This document shows, in pieces, positions 8,666 through 20,300 of a DNA stretch of 64,000 bases (position 1 is the stretch's first letter; the number at the start of each line of letters is the position of its first letter). The stretch is taken from positions 29,169 through 93,168 of the forward strand of contig JAUWJD010000009.1 of assembly GCA_030607875.1 (NCBI GenBank), read 5' to 3'. A program made the translations under genes and the position numbers. Below the pieces are notes generated by a model. The model saw nothing but the letters and a program-made list of their open reading frames with translations, made no database searches and was not told the DNA's origin. The stretch comes from Chloroflexota bacterium (GTDB lineage Bacteria > Chloroflexota > Anaerolineae > UBA2200).

Positions 8666-10030
8666 CTAGCGGCTGAGCAGATCGTAAGCCGCAACGTCAG
8701 CGGCAGCCAGCGCCTCCGCTGGGTCTGTATGCTCCTGGCATACGGCTGCCGCAGCCTCAGCCAGCAATATGCTGATGTCACACCACCCGCGCAAAGCGGG
8801 CTCCGTCTGAGCATACGCCCACAGATCGCAAGCTGTCTTGTACTGCGGGTTCTGTTCGAAGTAGGCCTCCATCTCTGGCGCATATTTGCTGGACTTGAGC
8901 ATTGGCAGAGCGCCAGTGGCCAGCGCCCACTGTACGTCAGCCTTTGGCTGCACGAGCCATTTAGGAAACAGCCAGGCAGCCAGTTGTTGGCGAGGCGTTG
9001 TGCGCAACACGCTTACGGTCAAGCCATGGACACTTACCAGCGGTTTGTCCGTAAGGTAGGGCACTGGCGCAACGTTCCAGTTGAAACTACCTTCATCAAA
9101 GCCCGCAATCGCTGCCACAAATTCCGGCAGCTCGGCGGTTGTGCCAAAATAGAAAAGCACCTTCTGGGAACTCAAGTCCGCACGAGCGGTGCTTGGGTCA
9201 GATGCGCAATAAGCACAGCCGTCCTCCAGCACGTCTTTCAACACAGATAGCGCCGCAATTGCCTCCGCACTATCCAGCAAAGCCAGTCCAGTGTCAGGAT
9301 CAACGAGCAAACCGCCCAAACCGAGAATCCAGTTGACCAGAGTGGATCCATCAACAGCAGCAGCATAGCCCCAGGTACCCGCCTCTTTGTCCCTGGCTGC
9401 ATTGCATAGCTCTCTGAACGCTTCCCAGGTTCGGGGAGGTGCGTTTGCTTCGAGTTGTTCGAGCCACTGTGCGTTGTAGAACAGCACCACGAGCTGGCTA
9501 TCAAAAAGCAGGCCGAGAGGATGCTCGGCATTTGCTGGCAGGCAGCCGCCTTTCAGAACAACAGGCCACAGGTCGGTTCGGTCCAGCTTGCTCAGCCCAT
9601 ACTGAGGATTGTGGATGTAGTCATCCAGTGGCACAACTGCACCCGCCGACGCATATTCCATGATCTGTTCGCATCGTGCCATCACAATGTCTGGCGGCGT
9701 GCCGGCGGCGATGGCAGTGAGCACCTCTCTGTGCAGAGGGCTATGGAACTCTACACGCAGCCGTATACCGTAAGGATTGTTCTGTTCAAAGTCACTTGCG
9801 AGGTGCAGCAGGGTTGCTTCTTTCTCACCTGTCAGCGAGTGCCACAGATGAATCTCGCAGCCTGTGGGGTCGAGCGCTTCGATGCACTGCGGCGTGGGCG
9901 AGGACTCAGGAGTAGGCAATACCGTTGGGAGTGGTGATGGCAAACTCTCTGGCGATGCAGTGCAGCCACATAGCTGGCCGATGAAGAATAGGAATACAAT
10001 TGCCGCAAGCCACGTCGTCTTCCGTCTCAT
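8666..10030 (-). CDS. ABC transporter extracellular solute-binding lipoprotein (sugar family-1 type)
   Basis: The ORF is 454 aa with a lipoprotein signal (FFIGQLCGC) and an SBP_bac_1-like composition. No permease or ATPase gene is adjacent. Confidence 0.7.
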   Translation of the reverse strand: MRRKTTWLAAIVFLFFIGQLCGCTASPESLPSPLPTVLPTPESSPTPQCIEALDPTGCEIHLWHSLTGEKEATLLHLASDFEQNNPYGIRLRVEFHSPLHREVLTAIAAGTPPDIVMARCEQIMEYASAGAVVPLDDYIHNPQYGLSKLDRTDLWPVVLKGGCLPANAEHPLGLLFDSQLVVLFYNAQWLEQLEANAPPRTWEAFRELCNAARDKEAGTWGYAAAVDGSTLVNWILGLGGLLVDPDTGLALLDSAEAIAALSVLKDVLEDGCAYCASDPSTARADLSSQKVLFYFGTTAELPEFVAAIAGFDEGSFNWNVAPVPYLTDKPLVSVHGLTVSVLRTTPRQQLAAWLFPKWLVQPKADVQWALATGALPMLKSSKYAPEMEAYFEQNPQYKTACDLWAYAQTEPALRGWCDISILLAEAAAAVCQEHTDPAEALAAADVAAYDLLSR

Positions 10031-10294
10031 GGGCCTTCCTTACTGTGCGATAGGAAGCGAAAGGGTATGCCAAGCATGGTAAACGCTCGCTGAGGTCCGA
10101 TGCAGATGAGTATCCAGTCAGGTGATGCAATCCATTTGTTATCCCGAGCCCTGCACTCTGAAGCTTCTCAGGTACGGATCCGCAAGCCTGTCGTCGGTGC
10201 ACAGGATTATATGGCAGAACAGCTTCGTGGGCAAAGCGAAGCAGAGCAGAGTTGTCAAACCGACCAAGAGGTAGTACAATAGCGCTCCAGTGAG

Positions 10295-10750
10295 GTGCTT
10301 CAAATGAAATCGCGCGAAATCCCTTCCTCCAGCCGAGGCCCAAAGTGGCTCCTCGACTTGTTCAAGAGCTTTAGGCTAGCCTGGCATTTGCTCCGTGATC
10401 CATCTGTACCTATTGGGTTCAAATTGATCCCGCTTGGTGCGCTCTTGTACGTCCTATTCCCTGCCGACTTTATTCCTGACCTCGTGCCCGTCTTGGGCCA
10501 GATGGACGATCTGACAGTTGTTCTGCTTGGGCTCAAGCTCTTTATTGATGCTTGTCCCCCAATCACTGTGGAGAAGCATCGGGCGCAGATGTCGTCCCTT
10601 GAGGCCTCATATCGAGTTGTTGAGCATGAGCAGCCCCAAGCCGGAAACATAAGCGGCTACTTGGATATCGCGGAGCCTAGTGTGCACCAAGACGAGGTGC
10701 CAGCCTCCACTCCTGAACAATTGGCACAGGATTCCGAGCCGCCTGCATAG
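10295..10750 (+). CDS. DUF1232 (YkvA-like) membrane protein
   Basis: Carries the DFIPDLVPVLGQMDDLTVVLLGL motif characteristic of DUF1232. Confidence 0.6.
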   Translation: MLQMKSREIPSSSRGPKWLLDLFKSFRLAWHLLRDPSVPIGFKLIPLGALLYVLFPADFIPDLVPVLGQMDDLTVVLLGLKLFIDACPPITVEKHRAQMSSLEASYRVVEHEQPQAGNISGYLDIAEPSVHQDEVPASTPEQLAQDSEPPA

Positions 10751-10992
10751 CGCGCAGGCCGCCAATAGCAGAAGGCAGAATCGGACTCTGCGACCTCCGC
10801 GGCCGGCGATAGCTGAGCCACCACCTCCCACCGCGCCCTGGCCTGACACAAGGCCCTGTATGCCACTTTGACCATAGCTAGTGCTCCTGCGGCGGATATT
10901 TTGCCACACAGATTCTACCGCAGGGGTTCCAGCTTTCTCCAATGTGCGCATCACTTTCTGATAACGATCTCCTGGCCCAGTTCGTGCCAAGT

Positions 10993-11021
10993 TTGACAGT
11001 TGTGCTGAAAGCGAGTAAAGT
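10993..11021 (+). promoter_or_regulatory. candidate sigma-70 promoter for glyQS (TTGACA-17-TAAAGT)
   Basis: The hexamers and their spacing were read directly. The promoter lies about 30 nt upstream of the glyQS start. Confidence 0.35.
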
Positions 11022-11051
11022 AACGTGTTAGAGCATATTCAGGGAGAACAG

Positions 11052-14033
11052 ATGGATTTCCAAAAAGTCATCATGCGTCTGGATCAGTTCTGGGCGGAAA
11101 AGGGCTGCCTCATCTGGCAGCCCTATAATGTGCAAGTCGGTGCCGGCACCTGGAACCCGGCCACGGCGTTGCGCGTGCTGGGCCCCGAGCCCTGGAACGT
11201 CGGCTACGTTGAAACCAGTGTTCGCCCCACAGATGGTCGTTACGGGAAAAATCCCAACCGCTGGGGACAGTACTACCAATACCAGGTGATTCTCAAACCG
11301 GATCCCGGCAACCCAGTGGAACTCTATTTGGAGAGTCTCAAAGCGCTGGGAATCAACCCTCGCGAGCATGACATCCGTCTTGTAGAGGACAACTGGGTGT
11401 CTCCGGGCCTGGGTGCGTGGGGCCTCGGCTGGGAAGTGTGGATGGATGGTCAAGAAATCACGCAGTACACCTACTTCCAGCAGACTGGTGGCTTTGACCT
11501 GGATCCGGTGTCCGTCGAGATCACGTACGGCCTGGAGCGCATCGTGATGGTTTTGCAGGGCGTGCGTGACTTTGTGCACATCGAATGGGGAAATGGCATT
11601 ACCTACGGCGATATGCTTCTACGCCAGGAGATAGAGCTCTGCAAGTACAATTTTGAAACAGCCCGCGTGGAGCGGCTGATGCAGATGTACGACCTCTTTG
11701 AGGCAGAGGCCAAGGCTGCAGTGGCAGCCGGTCTGGTCATCCCTGCACACGACTATGTGCTCAAGTGTTCGCATACCTTCAACGTCCTCGATGCACGGGG
11801 AGCCATCGGCGTTACGGAGCGGGCCCACTACTTTGCGCGCATGCGTGACCTGTCGCGGGAGGTAGCCAAAGCCTACCTGGCGCAGCGTGAGGAGATGGGC
11901 TTCCCACTGCTGAGAAAAAAGCAGCGCACCGTTGCACAGGCGGCGCCGGCCATTGATGCCTCGCGCTTCCCGCAGAAGCCGGCACATCTGTTGCTGGAAA
12001 TCGGCACCGGGGAACTGCCGGCCCTGGACTTGGATGCTGCTATGGAGCAGTTGCGTAAGAACGCGCCGCAGATGCTCTCCGCGGCCAGGCTGAGTTTCCA
12101 GGAAGTGCGCGTGCTCGGCACACCTCGCCGCCTGACCATCTCGGTGCCTGGACTCTCGCCGGCTCAAGATGACGTGGAGCGGCTGACCAAGGGTCCACCT
12201 ACAAACCGAGCCTTCGACGAACAGGGCCAGCCGACCAAAGCAGCATTGGGTTTTGCCAAGGCACAAGGCGTTGATGTCTCCAGCCTGCAGAAGCGTGAGT
12301 ACGAAGGCAAGAGTTATGTCGTGGTAAGCAAGACCGAGCGTGGCCGTTCAACCGCCGAGGTGCTGGCCGGAATGCTGCCCAAGCTCATCTCCTCGCTCAA
12401 GTTTGCCAGAAGCATGCGCTGGAATGCAAGCGGCGTGGCGTTCTCGCGTCCCATTCGCTGGATTGTGGCGCTGCTGGGTGACGAGGTTGTGCCTTTTGAA
12501 TATGCTGGTGTGCAAAGCAGCCGGGTCACGCGCAGCCTGCGTCCGCTGGGTTCACGGGATATCCATGTGCCGGATGCAGATGCGTATTCTGAGCTGATGA
12601 AGGCTAACCACATCATATTGGATCCCAAAGAGCGCCAGGAGAACATCGCATCGCAGGCAGCAAAGTTGGCGGACCACGTGGGCGGGTATATCCCAGATGA
12701 TCCAGCACTGTTGCGCGAGGTAACCCATCTCGTGGAGTGGCCGGCAGCGTTGCTGGGTTACTTCGAAGAAGAGTTCCTGCAGCTACCCCAGGAAGTACTT
12801 ATTGCGGTGATGAAGAAGCACCAACGCTACTTCCCTGTGATGAAGGGGAGCAAGCTGCTGCCTTACTTCATCGCCGTGGCCAACGGCCCGTTTACACACC
12901 TCGACCCGATACGGCGAGGCAACGAGGAAGTTATCCGTGCACGCTACTCAGATGCAGCTTTCTTCTACCTGTCGGATACCCGTAAGAAGCTGGAGGATTT
13001 CCTTCCGCGTCTGGCCACGCTGACCTTTCAAGAACAGCTCGGCTCAGTGCGGGACAAGTCGGAACGCATGGAGAAGCTGGTGCCCAAGCTGGCTGACATG
13101 ACGGGAGTCTCAGAGACAGATCGACAGGTAGCTGTGCGCGCAGCTCATCTGTGCAAAGCCGATTTGGCCACGCAGATGGTCATTGAGCTGACTTCTCTAC
13201 AGGGGATCATGGGCGACAAGTATGCATCCCTCTCAGGTGAGAAGCCCGCCGTAGCCCAGACGATCCGGGAGCATTACCTGCCGCGTGGCGCTGGTGATGA
13301 GCTGCCACAGTCGATCCCAGGGCTGCTGGTCGGATTGGCCGATCGTCTCGACAGCCTGATCGGCCTGTTTGCAGTCGGCCTGTCACCGACGGGTTCTAGC
13401 GATCCCTACGGCCTGCGTCGCGCAGTGATAGGAATGGTGCAGATCCTGGTAAAGAAAAAAATCTCCCTCTCCCTCGACAAAGCGTTCCGTGCCACGGCTG
13501 CGCTGCTGCCAGTGGACCTGACAGAGGATGATCTGGCCGCTGCCCACGACTTTGTGACCCCAAGGCTGCGGGGCTACCTGCTTGACCAGGGCTACCGTCA
13601 CGACCTGGTGGATGCGGCACTGGCGGAACATGCGGATGACCCGTATCAGGCCTGGGAAACGGTGCACAGCCTCAGCGATTGGGTGGCTCGCCCAGAGTTC
13701 TCCACTCTGCTCACCGCCTACAGCCGGCCTTCCCGTATCGTGCGCGAGTACGCGACGGAATTCCCCCTGAATCCTGAGATGTTCACGGAGGCTGCGGAAC
13801 ATGAATTATATCGCGCGATGCTGGCGGCGCAGGAGCAACGCACTGCGGTGGACAGCGTGGATGGGCTGATGGCCCTACTGCGCCCACTTGCACAGCCGAT
13901 TGATGCTTTCTTCGACCAGGTGTTTGTGATGGTTGAGGAGCAAGCGGTGCGGGAGAACCGGCTGGCCCTGCTGCAACGCATTGCTGCGCTGTCCAATGGC
14001 ATCGTTGACCTGACCAAGGTATTGGGCTACTAA
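11052..14033 (+). CDS. glyQS: glycine--tRNA ligase, fused alpha and beta subunits
   Basis: The N-terminal 290 aa are colinear with GlyQ (YYQFQV, GLGWEVW, TYFQQ) and the remainder matches the GlyS beta subunit. A GGGAGA RBS precedes the ATG at 11052. Confidence 0.9.
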   Translation: MDFQKVIMRLDQFWAEKGCLIWQPYNVQVGAGTWNPATALRVLGPEPWNVGYVETSVRPTDGRYGKNPNRWGQYYQYQVILKPDPGNPVELYLESLKALGINPREHDIRLVEDNWVSPGLGAWGLGWEVWMDGQEITQYTYFQQTGGFDLDPVSVEITYGLERIVMVLQGVRDFVHIEWGNGITYGDMLLRQEIELCKYNFETARVERLMQMYDLFEAEAKAAVAAGLVIPAHDYVLKCSHTFNVLDARGAIGVTERAHYFARMRDLSREVAKAYLAQREEMGFPLLRKKQRTVAQAAPAIDASRFPQKPAHLLLEIGTGELPALDLDAAMEQLRKNAPQMLSAARLSFQEVRVLGTPRRLTISVPGLSPAQDDVERLTKGPPTNRAFDEQGQPTKAALGFAKAQGVDVSSLQKREYEGKSYVVVSKTERGRSTAEVLAGMLPKLISSLKFARSMRWNASGVAFSRPIRWIVALLGDEVVPFEYAGVQSSRVTRSLRPLGSRDIHVPDADAYSELMKANHIILDPKERQENIASQAAKLADHVGGYIPDDPALLREVTHLVEWPAALLGYFEEEFLQLPQEVLIAVMKKHQRYFPVMKGSKLLPYFIAVANGPFTHLDPIRRGNEEVIRARYSDAAFFYLSDTRKKLEDFLPRLATLTFQEQLGSVRDKSERMEKLVPKLADMTGVSETDRQVAVRAAHLCKADLATQMVIELTSLQGIMGDKYASLSGEKPAVAQTIREHYLPRGAGDELPQSIPGLLVGLADRLDSLIGLFAVGLSPTGSSDPYGLRRAVIGMVQILVKKKISLSLDKAFRATAALLPVDLTEDDLAAAHDFVTPRLRGYLLDQGYRHDLVDAALAEHADDPYQAWETVHSLSDWVARPEFSTLLTAYSRPSRIVREYATEFPLNPEMFTEAAEHELYRAMLAAQEQRTAVDSVDGLMALLRPLAQPIDAFFDQVFVMVEEQAVRENRLALLQRIAALSNGIVDLTKVLGY

Positions 14034-14040
14034 TAGTTCG

Positions 14041-14076
14041 GCAAGGGGCGCTACGCAACAGGCGTAGGCCCCTTGC
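14041..14076 (+). terminator. GC-rich hairpin after glyQS, with no U-tract
   Basis: GCAAGGGGC ... GCCCCTTGC with an inner CTACGC/GCGTAG stem. Confidence 0.4.
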
Positions 14077-14125
14077 AACAATCCTGAAATACAGGGGACT
14101 GCGTCGACTGCCGAAGGGTCCCGCC

Positions 14126-14178
14126 GCAGGTCTTGGCGAAGACAAGGTCGCAGATCTTGGCGAAGACAAGGTCGCAGG
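14126..14178. repeat. tandem direct repeat, 2 x about 24 bp (TCTTGGCGAAGACAAGGTCGCAG)
   Basis: Two nearly perfect copies lie about 110 nt upstream of the ppdK start. Confidence 0.6.
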
Positions 14179-14284
14179 CGGTCGCCCGTCGCCCGCAGGT
14201 GCCCACGGGGCATGCAGAGCACATGCAGAGCACAAACAGATGATGCACGAAGTAGTAGAATCTATCAAGAAGGAGTGTAGTCAA

Positions 14285-17083
14285 ATGGCGAAAGAGAAGA
14301 AATGGGTCTATCTCTTCAGCGAGGGCAACCGAGACATGCGCAACTTGCTGGGCGGCAAGGGCGCTAACGTAGCAGAGATGACCAATGCGGGTCTACCAGT
14401 ACCGCCTGGTTTTACCATCACCACTGAGGCGTGTAATGAGTATTTCCGCCTGGACGGCAAGTTTCCCGAGGGGATGTGGGAACAGGTGCTTGCTGCGCTG
14501 AAAGTAGTGGAACAGCAGACCGGGAAAAAGTTCGGTGATCCTGAGAATCCCCTGTTGGTCTCGGTGCGGTCCGGTGCCAGGGTCAGTATGCCGGGCATGA
14601 TGGACACCGTGCTCAACGTTGGGCTGAACGAAGACACCCTGCAGGGGATCGCCAAGCTTACCAACAACGAACGCTTTGCGTACGATGCCTATCGGCGGCT
14701 CATCCAGATGTTCGGGAAGATCGTCAAGGAAATCGAGGCCGAGAAGTTCGAGCACATCCTGCATACCTACAAAGAGAAAACGGAGGGCAAGAAAGATACC
14801 GACCTGACCGTTGACCTGCTCAAGGACATTGTCCAGGATTTCAAGGCTCTCTATAAGGAGGAGATCGGGGAAGACTTTCCGACCGAGCCGCTCAAGCAGT
14901 TGCGACAGGCTGCAGAGGCCGTTTTTGACTCCTGGTTTGGCAAACGTGCGGTGGACTATCGCAACTTCCACAAGATCTCCCATGATTGGGGCACAGCGAT
15001 CAATGTGCAGACCATGGTGTACGGCAACATGGGCTTTGACTCCGCTACAGGCGTGGCCTTTACCCGCAATCCGGCCACCGGCGAAAAGAAGCTGTACGGC
15101 GAGTATCTGCTGAACGCCCAGGGCGAGGACGTGGTTGCCGGTGTACGCACTCCGGTCAAGATTGCTCATCTCGGGGATGAGATGCCCGAGGTTTTTGAGC
15201 AGTTTGTCAAGATCACCAAGATGCTCGAAGAGCATTATAGAGATGTGCAGGACGTGGAGTTCACTGTCGAGCGTGGCAAGCTGTGGATGCTGCAGACGCG
15301 CACAGGGAAACGTACTGCCAAGGCCGCGGCCACGATCGCCGTGGACATGGTCCACGAAGGGCTGATCAGCAAAGAGGAAGCAGTGATGCGCGTCACGCCG
15401 GAGCAGGTAGATCAGTTGCTGCATCCGATCTTTGATCCAGAGGCAAAGGCCAAGGCACATGAATCAGGTAGCTACCTGGCCAAGGGATTGAACGCCAGTC
15501 CAGGTGCGGCCACCGGTGTGGCGGTATTTGATGCCACTCGCGCAGAGGAAGTAGCCGAGGGTGGCCAAGACGTCATCCTGGTCCGCCCGGAAACCAGCCC
15601 AGATGACGTGCACGGCATGTTGGCAGCACAAGGTATTCTGACCCAGCACGGTGGCGCGACTTCCCACGCTGCAGTAGTGGCGCGTGGCCTGAACAAGCCT
15701 TGCGTCGCTGGGTGCGAGGCTCTGTCCATCGACCTCGACGCGCGCCAGCTTACCGTGCAGGGCCAGGTGGTCAAAGAGGGCAACGATATCTCTATTGATG
15801 GCACCACAGGCGAAGTCTTTGTCGGCCAGATTCCCACGGTCGAGGTGATGTATAGAGAGCAGACAGAGATGATCGAGCTGCTTGGCTGGGCCGACAAGTT
15901 CCGCCGCCTGGGCGTTTGGACCAATGCCGATTACCCCCGTGATGCAGCGCGTGCGCGCGAGTTCGGCGCGGAGGGCATCGGTCTGTGCCGCACGGAGCAC
16001 ATGTTCTTCGAAGAGGACCGCCGGCCGACGGTGGTGCGCATGGTGCTTTTATCCAAAGAGACCAACAATGTTGAAGACCGCATCCAGAGGCTAGAAGCGG
16101 ACCTAGAGAAAGCCTCAGGGAAAAAGGCGGACGAGATACGCGCCGAGATTGCGGAACTGAAAAAGAATGAGGCTCGGAATGAATACTTCGCAGCCATGGA
16201 TGAACTGCTTCCCTTCCAGCGCGAGGACTTTGAGGGCATCTTTGAGGCCATGGATGGCCTTCCGGTCATCATCCGCCTGATCGATCCTCCGATGCACGAG
16301 TTCCTCCCGTCGCGAGAGGAGTTGATCCGCGAGGTCACCGAGTTGCGATGCCAGGGCGATGATCCCAAGCTTCTGGAAGAAAAAGAAAAGATGTTGCGTA
16401 CTGTGGAGGCCATGGACGAGGTCAACCCCATGCTCGGTCTTCGCGGATGCCGGGCAGGGATCATGTATCGTGGCCTGACCGCCATGCAGGTGCGGGCCAT
16501 ATTCCAGGCAGCTTGTCGCATGGCCCAGAAAGGCGTTGACGTGCATCCAGAAGTGATGATCCCTCTGGTTAGCCACGTCAACGAAATGAAGAACGAGAAG
16601 GTGGCCCTGGAGAAAGTGGCCAAGCAGGTGATGGAGGAAGAGGGCATCGAGGTGGACTACAAGTTTGGCACCATGATCGAAGTGCCCCGTGCTGCCCTCA
16701 CTGCTGACCAGATTGCCGAGTTGGCACAGTTCTTCTCCTTCGGCACCAATGACCTGACGCAGATGACCTACGGCATCTCGCGCGATGATGCAGAGGGCAA
16801 GTTCCTCCTGGCCTATGTGGACAAGAAGATCCTGCCCAGCAACCCCTTCCAGGTGCTGGATCGCGAGGGTGTGGGCAAGCTGATGAAGACAACGGTGGAG
16901 CTTGGGCGCAAGACCCGGCCAGGTATGAGCATCGGCATCTGCGGTGAACATGGTGGTGAGCCGTCGTCCATCGAGTTCTGTCACATGATCGGGCTCGACT
17001 ATGTGTCATGCTCGCCCTACCGCGTGCCTATAGCACGGTTGGCGGCAGCTCAGGCAGCGATCCGAGAGAAGCAGGGCAAATAG
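14285..17083 (+). CDS. ppdK: pyruvate, phosphate dikinase
   Basis: The ORF is 933 aa with a PEP-utilising His domain (GGATSHAAVVARG) and a TIM-barrel PEP/pyruvate domain. An AAGGAG RBS precedes the start. Confidence 0.9.
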   Translation: MAKEKKWVYLFSEGNRDMRNLLGGKGANVAEMTNAGLPVPPGFTITTEACNEYFRLDGKFPEGMWEQVLAALKVVEQQTGKKFGDPENPLLVSVRSGARVSMPGMMDTVLNVGLNEDTLQGIAKLTNNERFAYDAYRRLIQMFGKIVKEIEAEKFEHILHTYKEKTEGKKDTDLTVDLLKDIVQDFKALYKEEIGEDFPTEPLKQLRQAAEAVFDSWFGKRAVDYRNFHKISHDWGTAINVQTMVYGNMGFDSATGVAFTRNPATGEKKLYGEYLLNAQGEDVVAGVRTPVKIAHLGDEMPEVFEQFVKITKMLEEHYRDVQDVEFTVERGKLWMLQTRTGKRTAKAAATIAVDMVHEGLISKEEAVMRVTPEQVDQLLHPIFDPEAKAKAHESGSYLAKGLNASPGAATGVAVFDATRAEEVAEGGQDVILVRPETSPDDVHGMLAAQGILTQHGGATSHAAVVARGLNKPCVAGCEALSIDLDARQLTVQGQVVKEGNDISIDGTTGEVFVGQIPTVEVMYREQTEMIELLGWADKFRRLGVWTNADYPRDAARAREFGAEGIGLCRTEHMFFEEDRRPTVVRMVLLSKETNNVEDRIQRLEADLEKASGKKADEIRAEIAELKKNEARNEYFAAMDELLPFQREDFEGIFEAMDGLPVIIRLIDPPMHEFLPSREELIREVTELRCQGDDPKLLEEKEKMLRTVEAMDEVNPMLGLRGCRAGIMYRGLTAMQVRAIFQAACRMAQKGVDVHPEVMIPLVSHVNEMKNEKVALEKVAKQVMEEEGIEVDYKFGTMIEVPRAALTADQIAELAQFFSFGTNDLTQMTYGISRDDAEGKFLLAYVDKKILPSNPFQVLDREGVGKLMKTTVELGRKTRPGMSIGICGEHGGEPSSIEFCHMIGLDYVSCSPYRVPIARLAAAQAAIREKQGK

Positions 17084-17120
17084 CCCACTGTCTAGCTGAC
17101 CAGATTCCATAGTGTGAGTT

Positions 17121-17159
17121 CAGAGGTAGCCTGGACGGCTACCTCTGACTGTTTTTGCG
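17121..17159 (+). terminator. rho-independent terminator after ppdK
   Basis: An 11-bp stem (CAGAGGTAGCC / GGCTACCTCTG) is followed by ACTGTTTTTGCG. Confidence 0.7.
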
Positions 17160-17286
17160 TCTCCTCTAGCAGACACTCTCGAGCCTACTGCCCAACCTTG
17201 CGTACGCGAATCACAGCAAAGAATGGAATTCGCGGTGCGTGCTGGATTACTCTGCCCGTGAGACATACATGAACTCAAAGCATGTT

Positions 17287-17315
17287 TTGACTGCTGGTGG
17301 GGGCATGGGTATCAT
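17287..17315 (+). promoter_or_regulatory. candidate sigma-70 promoter (TTGACT-17-TATCAT)
   Basis: Lies about 30 nt upstream of the GGGAGAG RBS and ATG of the large secreted protein. Confidence 0.4.
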
Positions 17316-17344
17316 AGCCAGGCAGGTATATGGGAGAGAACTCG

Positions 17345-20300
17345 ATGAAGCTACTGGCCGGCTCCATGAAAAGAATGCCAGCGCAGCAGGCACCTCCACG
17401 CCCGCAGACCCCGTCACGATGCGGATGGAAATGGCACGTTGCCCGCCGTTTCTGCCTCTTTGTGCTGCTACTGCTGCTACTGCCCAGATGGGCGCAGGCT
17501 ATGGACGGCCCACAGCTCACACTGGCCAAGTCAGTCTCTCCGACTACGGTGCCCGCTGGCGGACGCGTGACATATACCATCACGCTGACCAACTCGGGTA
17601 ACGCAGCAGCGGAGGACGTCACTATCCGCGATACCCTGCCCGATGGCTTCTCCTATCGCCACGGGACCAGCAGGGTCACGGTGAACGGTGTCACCGTTTC
17701 CACAGCCGATCCTTCCGTCTCTGGCCATACGCTGACTTGGTCGGGTTTCCACCTGCCCTCTGGCCGGAGTGACAGCTTCTACGGCATCCACACCTTTGTG
17801 CAACGCCACACCGAACCCGGCTACCTTGACTACCAACTGAATCGTTCCACGGAACTGATGGGCAGCGGTGCCTACGTGACGCAGTTGTTCGACTGGATCG
17901 ATACGAGCTGGCCCGGACCACCGAACTGGATGCGCGATTTCGTTAGCAGAGCCTACGACCGCTGGCTCACCCCAGTAGTCCGCTTGGCGGCTGGGCGTGG
18001 CACATACTGGATCAAGCCCAAGCCAGACGGGGACGGCAGCTATACCACTTGGGCGCAAGCGTTCAAACGTGTGGTGGATGGCCTGCCCAGACGTGATGGC
18101 CATTGGCTCTACGTCCAGATTTGGAACGAGCCCAATCTGAACGAGGAGTGGGAAGGGGAGGCCAATCCCGCCGAATATGGACGCTTCCTGGTGGAGACTG
18201 CGGCTGCGATTCGCTCCATCGGTGACCCACACATTGTCATCCTCAACGGGCCATTGTCCCCGGGTGGTGAGTACTACTACCTGAACTATCTTGAGGACAT
18301 GCTGAGCACCGTGCCAGCCTCGCTATGGGCTTTTGATATCTGGGCCAGCCATCCTTATCCCAATAACCATCCTCCAGAATACAACATCCACGACGGCACG
18401 GCGAACTACCAAGATGCCACGATAGACGTTTATCAGCGCGAGCTCGAGGTGCTCGCACGCTACGGACGCAGCGGGCTCAAGGTGCTGCTTACCGAGACAG
18501 GCTACGCTCTGTATCAGGCCGATTTCATCTTTGAGGGATACCCGGCAATCAACGAGGCCATCCGTGCCGACTATATCCGGCGTGCTTTTCGTGACCACTG
18601 GAGCCAGTGGCCGGAGGTGATCGGCGTCTGTCCGTACGAACTGGTGGATCCCGATGGACAGTGGTGGGTATGGGATTGGCTATTGAATGACGGGCGCAGC
18701 CACCAGCAATACGACGCTGTCAAGGCCATGGACAAATCGTACTCGCCTGTGAGCAGCGTGCTGCAGATCACCTTCCAGGCTACGGCAGCGACCAGTGCTC
18801 GCATCCACTACAATGATGTCTCCGCCAGTGCCGCCAATGCCCCTGCGCAGTCCATCACACAGGCAGCGCCGGTGACGGTGTATGTGCCCACACCCACGCG
18901 CACGCTGACACCAACACAAACGCACACGCCGACTGCGTCGCCTACGGCGACATCTACGACAACGCAGACGTCGACGCCCATGGCTACTGCCACGCACACT
19001 CCTGAACAGACCTGGACACCCACCTTGACCCTCACAGTGACAGAGACCTTGACGCCAAGCGAAACCCTGACGATTACGCCTACTCCCACGGACATGGAGA
19101 CAGCGACCGTCACGGCAACACCGAGCCCGACGGCGACACAGACACTGACTTTGACTCCAACACCCTCTGCGACGCCCAGCCCGACCGCGTCGCCCACGGC
19201 GACGCCTACTGCGACCATTACACCCTCACCAACTGCCGTCTGTACCGACTTGATCGTCAACGGTGGCTTTGAGACTACGGAAGCCTGGCAGATCCCAGAT
19301 ACACCGCACCCGGCTGGCCATACCACCACGCGTGCTCACACCGGCCAGCGCTCCATGCGGCTGGGCATCGAGTCAGGGAGCAATATCCGCAGCTACTCCA
19401 CCGCCTGGCAGGCGATCCACGTGCCTGCGGATGCGTCGGATCCCGTCTTGACCTTCTGGTACTATCCAGTCTCCGCTGACACGGAAGGTGATGACCAGCG
19501 CGCCCTGATCTTGAACGAGCAAGGCGATGTCGAGGAATGGGTCTTCCTCTTGCGGTCCAATGCACAGAGCTGGACGTACAAAGAGTTCTCGCTTGCCGAC
19601 TACAGGGGCCAGACCATCCGCGTGTATTTCGGTGCCTTCAACGATGGATTGAATGGTGTGACAGCGATGTACGTGGATGACGTGGCCGTGCTGGTCTGCG
19701 GTGTGATGCCTACACCGACGGTCAGCCCCACTGCATCAGTGACATTGACACCCACGCCAACAGCCACTCCTACTGGCTCGGCCACACCGCTGCCTACTCC
19801 GACTGCCAGCCCCACCGCATCGGCGACGCCATCCTCAACACCAACAGCCACGCCCTCCCATACGGCAACGAGCACCGCAACCCAGACAGATACCATCACA
19901 CCCTCGCCCACAACCACGGAGATGCTCCCCCCAACCAACACATCAACCGCCACCGCCGAGCCGTCATTGACTGCAACGGTGACGTCAAGCCCTACGCCGG
20001 GATGCACTGACTTGATTGTTGATGGCGGCTTTGAGTGGGATGATGAAGCCTGGCTTATCCCGGACACGGCGTACCCGGCTGGCTATACGACAAATCAGGC
20101 GCACAGCGACCAGCGCTCTATGCGGCTGGGCATCGAATCAGGTGACAACATCTACAGCTACTCCACAGTCCGGCAGACGGTACATGTGCCCGCGAATGCG
20201 CAAGAACCAATCCTGAGATTCTGGTACTATCACGTCTCTGGCGATACCGAGCACGATTTACAATATGTGCTCATTGAGAACGAGAACGGCGACTCGGAGT

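Noticed and set aside
10607-10990. 127-aa minus-strand ORF overlapping the DUF1232 gene end
   Set aside because: It has no RBS or domain signal, is Gly/Ala-rich with low complexity, and overlaps a supported gene.
10750-11051. T-box riboswitch upstream of glyQS
   Set aside because: The candidate promoter leaves only about 30 nt of leader, and no specifier or T-box motif is visible.
14126-14178. Possible CRISPR array (also 55877-55910)
   Set aside because: Only 2-3 directly abutting repeat units are present, with no spacers and no cas genes. These are simple tandem repeats.
18808-20067. Minus-strand ORFs of 173 and 155 aa rich in Val/Gly/Ala
   Set aside because: They are the reverse translation of the Thr/Pro-rich linker-coding repeats inside the large secreted protein gene. 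They are artefacts of the low-complexity sequence.
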